From: Acidobacteriota bacterium
Lineage (GTDB): Bacteria > Acidobacteriota > UBA6911 > RPQK01 > JAJDTT01
Direction: 5' to 3'
NCBI GenBank assembly: GCA_965209055.1
Contig: OZ242374.1
Location: 6,013,183 to 6,077,182 of the forward strand
DNA: 64,000 nt
The notes below the pieces were generated by a model. It made no database searches, was not told where the DNA came from, and was given only the letters and a program-made list of their open reading frames with translations. Both the position numbers and the translations under genes were made by a program. Below are positions 9,665 through 18,773 of this stretch, piece by piece. Numbering within the stretch: position 1 is the stretch's first letter; each line of letters begins with the position of its first letter.

Positions 9665-11683
9665 ATGGAAGGATTTCTAACATCGGTCCATCGCCGATGT
9701 ATCTTCGCAGCCGGACTTCTCCTGCCGGCATGCCTGCTTCTGATTGTTTTCGCGGGATGTCGGCCCCATCCGCCGACGACCCTTTCCGTTGAAGTGAGTC
9801 CGGATCGTTTTCGGGTAGACGACGAAGGCCGTTTGCTTTTTCGCATCCGGGTCAAGGAGGGCAAGCTGTCGTCCGGTTCCCGCATCAGCCTGGCTCTGCC
9901 GGGGAGTTGGACATGGCACACCATCCGCCCCACCCGGAGAGAGGACGGCAAACTGGGTCCGACCCTGCGGGTTCCAAGCCAGGGGTTGATGGAATACTTC
10001 GCTCTGCTGCCTACGGGGAGAGCGGACCGGTGGCGGCTGGAAGTCCTTGAGGAGCACCACGACGGGACCTATCACCGCTTCGACCGCCGGTTGGTGCTGA
10101 CGTGCCTTGCGGGCGAACTTGGGGCCGGCCAGGAGATCACGCTCCAGTACGGCACCGCCGCCCGCCCGATCCGGACCTCGCGCCTGGCCGAGACCGTCCC
10201 GATCCCGGTCCGGTTCGACCTCGGCGACGGCCGATGGCGCGAGCTCCACGATCCCCCTCGGTTGACGACGTTCGCCGGCGCCTTCCATACCATTCTCATC
10301 ACGGCGGACTCGGTGGGGACCGTGGGCCAACCGGTCGACGTCCATGTCACGGCGCGGGACCGGCTGGGCAATACAGCCGAGTTGCCGAGTGGTCTTGAAC
10401 TCCGTTCCTCCGACCCCGGAATGCAGCCCTTGAGCCTCAACACGGAGGGCGCCGTCTGGAAGGGACAGGCGCGCTTCACGACTCCTGGATTCCAGACGCT
10501 GGAGGTGGGCAACGGCGCCGTCGGGCTCCATCGGTCCAATCCGATTCGGGTGACCGAAGAAGACGCGCCCCTGAAACTCTACTGGGGCGATCTGCATTCC
10601 CACTCCACCATGAGCAAGGACGCCATGGGAGTCGACCCGTTCACCTTCGCCCGGGATCAGGCGAACCTGGACTTCTTCGCTTCTTCGGAGCACTCCTCGG
10701 GAGACCGGCGGGACGAGGGAATCACCGACTCGGAATGGCGGGCGATCCAGGCGAACGTCCGGTCCTTCTACGATCCGGGACGTTTCGTGACGCTGCTGGG
10801 CTACGAGTGTTCCCTGCCCGCTCCGTTCGGTCATCACAACGTCTATTTCGCGGATGACGAGGCTCCCCTCTATCGGAAGCTGGAGGTGAAGACCCTGGAG
10901 GAGTTGTGGCGCCGGCTTTCCTCGCACCGGGCGTTCACGGTTCCTCATCATACTGGCGTCCACTGGGCCGCCGCGGTCTTGGACCGGGACCACTCCCTGC
11001 GTCCCCTCTTCGAGATCTTCTCGGTTCATGGACAGAGCGAACTCTTCGAACCGGAACATCCGCTGAGCTACGATCAACTGGTCGGCATGGCGCCGTACGG
11101 GACCTATCCCATCGGCAGCGAGCTGGTTCCCGAAGAGCATCGGGGCATGGTCCCCATCTCCAACAGCGCCCAAGGCCCTCACTATGCCCGGGACGCCTGG
11201 GCCGCCGGTTTGAAACTGGGGACGATCGCGGCGTCCGACGATCACACCGCTCGTCCGGGTCAGCCCTATTGGGGACTCGCGGCCGTCTGGGCGGAGCGGC
11301 TGGACCGCGAAACCATCTTCCAGGCGCTTGCGAAGCGGCAGACCTACGCCACGACCGGCCAGCGGATCTACCTGGACTTTCGAATCAACGGCGGGATGCC
11401 CGGGACGATGGTCACGACCGGCGGACCGCCCCGGATTGAACTCGAGGTCCACGGCACGGATGACATCGCCTGGGTCGAGCTGGCCGCCTTCGACCGCCGC
11501 CGGGAAGCGTATTCCCTGGTGAAGAGATGGACACCCCGCGGCTCCCGCCTGCGGGAATCCTTGACCGACGAGGGATATTCGGACCGGGCGTTCTATTACG
11601 TCCGGGTGCGGCAGCGCGGGCTGGTGGAGCACCGGGCCGTCATGGCCTGGTCCAGTCCCATCTGGATCGAGAGTGGCCCCTGA
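9665..11683 (+). CDS. DUF3604 / CehA-McbA family PHP-like metallohydrolase
   Basis: YWGDLHSHS, SSEH, GHHNV, PHH, ASDDH, TYATTG, AWSSPIW motifs. Confidence 0.8.
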   Translation: MEGFLTSVHRRCIFAAGLLLPACLLLIVFAGCRPHPPTTLSVEVSPDRFRVDDEGRLLFRIRVKEGKLSSGSRISLALPGSWTWHTIRPTRREDGKLGPTLRVPSQGLMEYFALLPTGRADRWRLEVLEEHHDGTYHRFDRRLVLTCLAGELGAGQEITLQYGTAARPIRTSRLAETVPIPVRFDLGDGRWRELHDPPRLTTFAGAFHTILITADSVGTVGQPVDVHVTARDRLGNTAELPSGLELRSSDPGMQPLSLNTEGAVWKGQARFTTPGFQTLEVGNGAVGLHRSNPIRVTEEDAPLKLYWGDLHSHSTMSKDAMGVDPFTFARDQANLDFFASSEHSSGDRRDEGITDSEWRAIQANVRSFYDPGRFVTLLGYECSLPAPFGHHNVYFADDEAPLYRKLEVKTLEELWRRLSSHRAFTVPHHTGVHWAAAVLDRDHSLRPLFEIFSVHGQSELFEPEHPLSYDQLVGMAPYGTYPIGSELVPEEHRGMVPISNSAQGPHYARDAWAAGLKLGTIAASDDHTARPGQPYWGLAAVWAERLDRETIFQALAKRQTYATTGQRIYLDFRINGGMPGTMVTTGGPPRIELEVHGTDDIAWVELAAFDRRREAYSLVKRWTPRGSRLRESLTDEGYSDRAFYYVRVRQRGLVEHRAVMAWSSPIWIESGP

Positions 11684-11747
11684 GCCGGCGAAGAAAACCG
11701 AATGGAATTGTTATGGAAGGACTTGCTGCCCCGGAGGAGACCTCAAC

Positions 11748-13662
11748 ATGAAAGAGCCAACGATTGTGATTTCGATGATCGCGCTCTGTGTCGTCAGTTC
11801 GGCATTTTCGCAGGGCGCCAAGACCGGAAAGACCTGGGACGTGGCCGTATTGAAAAATGTCATGATCCCCATGCGGGACGGCGTGAAGCTGGCCACCGAC
11901 ATCTACCTGCCGGCCGAAAACGGGCAACCCGCCGACGAGAAGTTCCCGGTGGTCATGCAGAGGACTCCCTACGACAAGGAAGGAAATTTCTTCAAGGAGG
12001 CGGCCGAGTTCTATGCCCGCAACGGCTATGTCTCGGTGATCCAGGACTGCCGCGGCCGTTTCCAGTCCGAGGGGGTGTTCTTTCCCTTCGTCGACGACCC
12101 CGAGGACGGCTACGACACGGTGGAATGGATGGCGAAGCACCCGTCCAGCAACGGCAGGGTCGGCACCTACGGAGTCTCCTACATGGCCTGGGGCCTGGGT
12201 CCAATTCCATCTGGCCGCTCTGAATCCACCCAGCCTGGTGACCATGATCCCCATGGAGGGTCCCATCAACGCCTACCACTACAGCATGCGCTCAGGCGGC
12301 GCCCTGCACCTGGGGCTCCTGCAGTGGATCGTGGCGGTGGCCGCCAGCAGCCAGGAAGCGAAGGACAAGCCCTTCATCGCCGAACCCATCATGACCATGA
12401 GGACCGGGCAGAACTTCCTGGACTGGGCCTCCCGCATCCCCTGGCGGCGGGGACAGACTCCCCTCGGCCTGACACCGCAGTATGAGAACGCGGCGTTCAA
12501 GCTCTACTTCGACAACAACGAATACACCGACTTCTGGCGCCAGCCGGGCCTGGGAATGGACGAGTACTTCGAGGACTACCCCAAGATGCCCATCCTGTGG
12601 GTGGTCGGCTGGTACGACTGGTACCCGAGAACCATCAGCGACGGCTACCAGAAAATGGTCCAACTGGGACGCGAGAACCAGTATCTGTTGATCGGACCCT
12701 GGACCCACAACAACTTCGACACATCCCAGGGAGACCTCAATTTCGGCAACCGGGGGGACGGCATCGACACCTACGACAAGTTCCGCCAGTTGGAGCTGAA
12801 ATGGTTCGACCGCTGGATGAAGGACGACGAGAGCGTCGACCTGGGGAAGCCGATCCAGGTGTTCGTCATGGGCGGTGGAGATGGCCGGAAGGCTCCGGAC
12901 GGCCGCCTGAATCACGGCGGCGAATGGCACTACACGGGCCAGTGGCCTCCGGAGGGAGTCCGGCCCACGAAGTTCTTTCTGCACGCGAACGGAAGCCTGT
13001 CGGATGAGAAGCCGGCTGCCTCAGGCTCATCCACCACCTACACCTACGATCCCAACGATACGGTCTCCAGCAACGGCCGCTGCATCATCTCCTACGGTCC
13101 GGCGCTCAAGCTGGGCTTTCGGGGCATGGGTCCCCGCGACCAGATCGAGCTGGAGAGCCTGCCGGGACACGGCATTCCGGGTTTGCCCATCTCCTCGCGC
13201 CCGGACGTTCTCGTCTACCAGACCGCTCCCTTGGCCGGGGACGTTCGGATCGCGGGCAACGTCAAGGCGGTGCTCTGGGTCTCCTCCGATGCCCCCGACA
13301 CCGACTTCTACGTCAAGCTGGTCGACCTCTATCCGCCCAGTGCGGACTACCCGGCCGGATATGGCGTGCCCGTGTCGGAGGGGATCTTGCGCGCGCGGTA
13401 CCGGGAGAGTTTCGAAAAATCGGTCCTCATGGAGGAGGGGAAGAAATACCGGCTCGAATTTCCGCTGCAGCCGGCGGCCAACATCTTCAAGGCGAACCAC
13501 CGGATTCAGATCCACGTCGCCAGCAGCAACTTTCCCAACTTCGATATCAATCGGAATACCGGCAACCCGCACGACCGGGGATGGCGCGTCGCCAACAATA
13601 CCGTCTATCACCAGGCGGAGAACGCATCCTTCATCGAATTGCCGCTCTATCCGGTGAAGTAA
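11748..13662 (+). pseudogene. CocE/NonD hydrolase, frameshifted by a 7-bp tandem duplication
   Basis: GCCTGGG duplicated at 12186-12199; removing one copy restores GVSYMAWVQFHLAALNPPSL and joins ORFs 11673-12485 and 12238-13662. Confidence 0.85.
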
Positions 13663-13750
13663 TGGAGGGGGGACTGTTAGTCCGGCGCTCTGCCCAACTG
13701 AGATACGGGATTTATCCTTTATTTTCAATAGTTTAGACCGATTCTCCCCT

Positions 13751-14839
13751 CTAATTGTTCCTCCTATTTCCTGCCCGTTGCCTGTTTGTTTCCGGTTGCG
13801 TTTGTGAGTCTTCGTTAGCCTGTGCCTCCCGAATGCTGGCCAGCGCGTGGGAACTGACGTACCCGGCGTAGCGCATCGTCGTGCTGATGGCCGAGTGCCC
13901 CATCAGCTTCTGCACCGTCCTCACGTCCACCCCCTGCATCAGCCAATGGCTGCACCGGAATCGTCTCAGGTCGTGAAATCCGACCTTCAACCCCACTCGC
14001 TCGGCGGCTCGACGTAGCGGCTTGTCCGGATTCACCCATCTCGTCCCTGTCCGGATGTTGACGAAGACGTAAGGGGTGTTCAGGTAGCGAACCAGCCGGA
14101 CCAGATATCCGGTGGCGTACTTCGACAGCGGAATCTCCCTCGGCTCGTCGTTCTTGGTGAATTCCACCCATAGCAGCCTCCGGGTTAGGTCCACCCGATT
14201 CCAGGTGAGCGACAACGCTTCGCCTTTCCGTATCCCCGTCTCGCCGATCACCGCAATCATGGCTTGCAGGTAAGGATTGTCCACCGCCTCGACCAGGTCG
14301 CGGAACTGTTGAACCGTCAAAGGCCGGAAGACCTTCTTGGGTTCTTTGAGTTTGGGGAACCTCACCAGCGGGTGCGTGTCCACTTCCCCGCACTCCAGCG
14401 CGTAGGAAAACAGCTTGCTGATGGCGGCAATGTCGCGGTTCACCGTGGCCGGTTGCACCTGCTTCTTCCTCTGGGCGACGTAGCGGTACAGGTCCTTGCG
14501 TTGGAACTCCTTCAGGGGAATGTTCCCCAGCATGGCGTTGAGACTCTTGAACGAGAGCGCATAGCGACGCCGGGAGCGCATGCGAGGTTTGCAGTACTCC
14601 TCGAAGAAACGCTCGTAGAAGCTCCGGACCGTCCAGATCTTGCGGTTCCCGCCGACAAGCTCCTCCTTGAGCTGCTTCCAGGTGCCATCCAGGATGCTCG
14701 ACTCGATTCGTGTTTGAAGCGCCTGTGCGCTCCGGTAGTTGGGGGCGTACATTCGAAGCCGACCGGATCCGTTCGGCCAGTACTTGCTGACGACGAAACG
14801 TCGTCTCCCCCGGCGATCCTTCACCTTGTAGATGCCCAT
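13751..14839 (-). CDS. int: Tyrosine recombinase/integrase (copy 1)
   Basis: Catalytic R (GIRKGE), K (TKN), HxxR (HDLR), H (LMGH), Y (TMRY); AAGGAGG RBS. Confidence 0.95.
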   Translation of the reverse strand: MGIYKVKDRRGRRRFVVSKYWPNGSGRLRMYAPNYRSAQALQTRIESSILDGTWKQLKEELVGGNRKIWTVRSFYERFFEEYCKPRMRSRRRYALSFKSLNAMLGNIPLKEFQRKDLYRYVAQRKKQVQPATVNRDIAAISKLFSYALECGEVDTHPLVRFPKLKEPKKVFRPLTVQQFRDLVEAVDNPYLQAMIAVIGETGIRKGEALSLTWNRVDLTRRLLWVEFTKNDEPREIPLSKYATGYLVRLVRYLNTPYVFVNIRTGTRWVNPDKPLRRAAERVGLKVGFHDLRRFRCSHWLMQGVDVRTVQKLMGHSAISTTMRYAGYVSSHALASIREAQANEDSQTQPETNRQRAGNRRNN

Positions 14840-15159
14840 ATGCATCTCCTCCTTTCTGGATCCGGGTTCTTCGCCGTGAGGAGAATCCTACCACGGCTCC
14901 AAGAGAATCAGCATAGGCGTTCAAGTCTTCCAAGGCGAAGACGCGGTGGCCGGCGGGGTCAATCTGGACCGTGGACCGGTTGCAGCCCGTGTGTTAGGGG
15001 TGACCTGTCCCTGGTAGCTTGAAATCCCTGGAACTTGGAAAATCCATCTGCCATCATGAGAGCCTAATGGGCTGTCACGGTGATGGAAACAAAGCAGTGA
15101 CTGCGGCCGCAATCCCATTGGATCTTCCATAGAAGGCGGCTTTTGGGTGTGGAGGAAAA

Positions 15160-15528
15160 ATGCGCCTGAATTGGATCAAATGTGTGGAAGACAAGTGGTG
15201 CCCGTTTCTTACAGTGAATCTTGATCATCCTCACTTTGACGGTCTCGGTGGCGTCTACGTCATCTGGCACGGAGGTAATGGCTGGCACGGAGGCAGCGAC
15301 CCGTGGACGGTTTACGTGGGGAGTGGACATATTTCCGCTCGTCTCGCGGAACATCGAACGAACCCAAACCTTCTCAAGTATTCCGACCGAGGGCTCTTTG
15401 TTACTTGGGCAATGGTCGCCCCGGAAAGTCAGAGGGGTGTAGAGGCGTATCTGGGTGATGAACTGGGCCCGCTGGAGTCCATTCGTCTTCCTGACGCTAC
15501 TCCTATTCCTGTCAATCTTCCGTGGTAG
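15160..15528 (+). CDS. Small GIY-YIG-like protein
   Basis: GVYVIW...VYVGSG.ISARLAEH pattern, later E in VEAYL; GAGGA RBS. Confidence 0.55.
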   Translation: MRLNWIKCVEDKWCPFLTVNLDHPHFDGLGGVYVIWHGGNGWHGGSDPWTVYVGSGHISARLAEHRTNPNLLKYSDRGLFVTWAMVAPESQRGVEAYLGDELGPLESIRLPDATPIPVNLPW

Positions 15529-15538
15529 ACCGTTTCGC

Positions 15539-15877
15539 ATGGGACCTGGACAAGACCCCAAGGTAGTTACTCACCCAGCTCCAACAATAGTAATCTACCA
15601 AGTCACCGATGAAACGCTCCAAAGAATTGAAGAAGGAGTCTCCCAAGCGGGACCTAGTTCAACACTTGCAGGAACGACCTTGACCATCTTCGTAGCTCTC
15701 TGCATCGCAATTGCCACCACGAGTCCTTCACCTTTTTGGCGAACACTTTTCATCATCGGCATATCTATTTCGGGCATCCTTTGCGTTGTGGGGTTTTCGC
15801 AATGGAGGCGTAGTCGCAAGACTGTTCATCAAGTCATTGAAAGAATCCGGGAACGAAAAGACGACCCCAACGCTTGA
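15539..15877 (+). CDS. Small two-transmembrane protein
   Basis: Two hydrophobic helices followed by a basic tail; follows the GIY-YIG-like gene closely. Confidence 0.55.
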   Translation: MGPGQDPKVVTHPAPTIVIYQVTDETLQRIEEGVSQAGPSSTLAGTTLTIFVALCIAIATTSPSPFWRTLFIIGISISGILCVVGFSQWRRSRKTVHQVIERIRERKDDPNA

Positions 15878-16398
15878 TGGAGACTCATGGTCGTTGTTCT
15901 TTCCCAGATTGGAGCGATTGTTATTTGGGTCCTCTTGTTGAAGTCCTGAACCAAGCACCCCCTCCACCTCTGATTCCGCTGGCCCTGCTTGGTCCCAGCC
16001 ACATCCATCTAACCCTGAAGTGTACCCCAGTGATGGAGGCGGGTCTGTCCGAATTGCTCCCGGTTTCAAATCAGGACACTACGCTTTTCTGCAACCTGCA
16101 AGGCGCGTAGCGCGCGGACCGGCACCATTGTCGCCGGGTCCCATTCGGGATAGAGTCTGCAATGATGACCGTGCTTCCGGCCTGCTGCCCCGCTCCGGTC
16201 GCTCCATTCTTTTCGCGGGACGGCAGCCGAACCGGAACATTTTGATCCCGGTTGACAATGAAACAGAACGTATGCGTTTTGCCCTCGCGATGGTGTGCGT
16301 GCTGACACTGTTGAGTTACCCACGCCGGGAGAACCGAGGAAGACGACCTTGTTCCCTGAAGGCTGTAGAATCCGACAACACCTGTCCTGAAGGAAAGC

Positions 16399-17241
16399 AT
16401 GCCGCATACTGTTTGTGACCTCCGCTCTTGGGAGGAGTTAGAGGAGGAACTGAAAAAACTCCAGGAGCACTCGCTTGAACAGCGCCACTCAGCACCCCTG
16501 ACGTTTCTGTATCGTGGGCAGGAAAACTCTTGCTGGCCCGTAAAGACAACGCTTGAACGATGGGCGGAGGGGCGAGAGGTTTCGTTCCGGCGATACTATG
16601 AGTTCATTTACCGAGTAAAGCCAGAGCTTGAGAGCTTCACCGAAGAGCGTTGGGATATCCCGGACCCCCAAGAGGTAGAACGCCTGACAAAACGTCGCGA
16701 GCCTTTTTCTTGCGATACGGCGAAAGCCTTCAAAACTTGGGGGCTAGTTGGGAGCTACATGGTGCACTTGCGCCACCATGGGTTTCCCTCACCTTTCCTC
16801 GATTGGACTCGTTCACCCTATGTTGCGTCCTTTTTTGCTTTCCGGCAACCGATCAGGGATGCGAAAAAGGTGTCTCTTATCGTTTATCGAGAAATGCGAA
16901 ATCCATCCGAGCATCCCAAGGTCTACTCTAGTGACTGGCCGGAAATATACATCCTGCCAAAGCTATACTCACCAACGCACCGAAGGCACTTCCTTCAGCA
17001 GGCGGAGTACACATTTTGCGTACAAAATAAGAAGAGCAAATGGCACTTTGGGCCACATGAGAGTGCACTCGGGCGGGGCGATTCCAATGTAGACGTCATT
17101 TGGAAGTTCAATCTCCCCGTAACCGAACGCCTGAAGGTTTTGAAGTTACTTGACAGGTCTAACATGAATGCGTTCTCGCTGTTTCAGTCTGAGGAAAGCC
17201 TAATGGAGACTGTGGCGTTTCGAGAACTGGATTGGCTGTAG
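16399..17241 (+). CDS. FRG domain-containing protein
   Basis: FLYRGQ and RHHGFPSPFLDWTRSPYVASFFA motifs; lower GC than host. Confidence 0.85.
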   Translation: MPHTVCDLRSWEELEEELKKLQEHSLEQRHSAPLTFLYRGQENSCWPVKTTLERWAEGREVSFRRYYEFIYRVKPELESFTEERWDIPDPQEVERLTKRREPFSCDTAKAFKTWGLVGSYMVHLRHHGFPSPFLDWTRSPYVASFFAFRQPIRDAKKVSLIVYREMRNPSEHPKVYSSDWPEIYILPKLYSPTHRRHFLQQAEYTFCVQNKKSKWHFGPHESALGRGDSNVDVIWKFNLPVTERLKVLKLLDRSNMNAFSLFQSEESLMETVAFRELDWL

Positions 17242-17527
17242 TTTCCATGGAAGCGTGGCGCTCACGGGGCCAGGGACAAGGATCAGCATCGAGCCACACG
17301 GAAACACGGGTCAGAAGAATTTCACCCGGGATGTTGGCAAGTCCCCATTCGGTTCTGCCAAGTCGACACAGTGCCCTATTGGCACAAGTGCGAGTACTTG
17401 AGACACCGACCAGTTTGGGTGGACACGGACTGCCAAGACAATCCTCCAACAGAATGGCGACGCTTAGAGCTAAGTCGTACGAGGACTGGATTTTGGCATG
17501 CACGGTCGGATGGTGAAAGGCAATGAG

Positions 17528-17700
17528 ATCGGGGAAAGCGGATTTGTGAATCACCGGGACCGCCATTTGTGAATCCACCCTGCGTGTCCCATTCACACTC
17601 CCGGATCGGCACGAGACCCCCTTTGCGCCCTGCCGAAACGAGTCCTCGTCAGCCTTTATGCCGGCCAAGTGGCAGTCGCCGTCGAGATCGAGCCGAAGGG
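17528..17700 (-). repeat. Second, partial copy of the element backbone (TGTGAAT repeat region) inside E1
   Basis: Aligns by eye with 27995-28150, 41460-41590, 53120-53270 and 61820-61960. Confidence 0.75.
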
Positions 17701-17981
17701 CGATCCGCGAGTTGAAGGGTTGCTCCGGCGTCTTCATGTCCCGAACGGTGAAGACGGATCCACCGGCAGGTCAACTGGTAGGAAGAATTCGACCTTCCAA
17801 GGCATTCCAAGGAAGCCCAGAAGCCGTCGCGCCTGCTGACACCGCCGCCTGCGGCGTGTCGAATCCCCCCGGCGGGATTCCCGTGAAGTCTGGTAGAGGG
17901 TTCGGGAGGATCGGAGATTGAGGGCGGCGGAGTTGCGCACGGACCCCGTCGGCTCACCATCCGGGCAGCCCCGACGAGGGC

Positions 17982-18773
17982 TTACGGGACCGTCTGGGAC
18001 CTTCCCCATCCCTCGTCAGCAAGACGGGTGCAGTTTAGCTCCTCGACACGGAGACGCCACTGGGGCATCACCCGGTCCAAGATCTCCCGGAATCGGTCGT
18101 TGTGCGTGGGTTCGACGAGGTGGGCCATCTCGTGCACGACGACGTACTCGATGCAGGAAAGCGGCTTCTTGGCCAGTTCGGAGTTGAGCCAGATGCGGCG
18201 GGCCGGAGCGTTGCAGGTTCCCCAGCGTGTCTTCATGCGCCGGATGCGCCAGTCGGCCACCCGCACCCCGATCCTCGGCTCCCACTTGGCGGTCCACGCC
18301 GGGATACGCTCGCGGAGCCGAGCCCGGTACCATGCGTACAGCATCGCCTCGCGGGAATCGCGACCGGTAGGAGGACGGACCCGCATTTCGATCCAGGCGT
18401 TGCCCCTCACCCGCACGCCGGTCGGGCCGGGCGATTCGATCACGTCCAGCCGGTAGCGCCGGCCCTCGAAGTAGTGACTCTCGCCGGACACGAACTCGCG
18501 GCGGGACTGGCGCTCCTGCTTCAGGAACCCGTCGCGTTTTCGCCGAATCCAGGCCAGCCGCGATATCACCGCCAACCGCACGGCCTCGTCGTCGAGGCGC
18601 AACGGGGCGGCAACGCGCACCCGTCCCTCCGGGGGGTAGACGCCCAAGTGCAGGTGCTTGATGTCCTTGCGGACGACCTCGACGGAGATGCCACCGACCT
18701 CAATGTGCGCGGATAGAACCGATCTCCGGGAACTGGCGGGGCGGGAGGTCGGCCCGTGAAAATCAGTATTCAT
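17982..18773 (-). CDS. M48/YgjP-like (DUF45) metallopeptidase-domain protein associated with type I R-M
   Basis: MKTRWGTCN and YVVVHEMAHL (HExxH); directly downstream of hsdR. Confidence 0.85.
   Translation of the reverse strand: MNTDFHGPTSRPASSRRSVLSAHIEVGGISVEVVRKDIKHLHLGVYPPEGRVRVAAPLRLDDEAVRLAVISRLAWIRRKRDGFLKQERQSRREFVSGESHYFEGRRYRLDVIESPGPTGVRVRGNAWIEMRVRPPTGRDSREAMLYAWYRARLRERIPAWTAKWEPRIGVRVADWRIRRMKTRWGTCNAPARRIWLNSELAKKPLSCIEYVVVHEMAHLVEPTHNDRFREILDRVMPQWRLRVEELNCTRLADEGWGRSQTVP

Noticed and set aside
3667-11632. Long antisense ORFs (for example 3667-5808, 8032-9417, 9677-11632; also 38624-40885 and 56900-60148)
   Set aside because: Shadow ORFs of high-GC genes with no recognisable motifs.
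13664-13683. att site as a tRNA/tmRNA 3' end or dif site
   Set aside because: No cloverleaf, T-loop or CCA, and no XerC/D consensus at any junction.
13751-17241. Integron interpretation (integrase divergent from small cargo genes)
   Set aside because: No IntI-specific insertion recognised and no attC-like sites between genes; paired att cores indicate an integrative element.
17760-17980. Hairpin-rich spacer as another transposon end (similarly 53345-53480 and 33600-33960)
   Set aside because: No partner IR or TSD could be found by eye.
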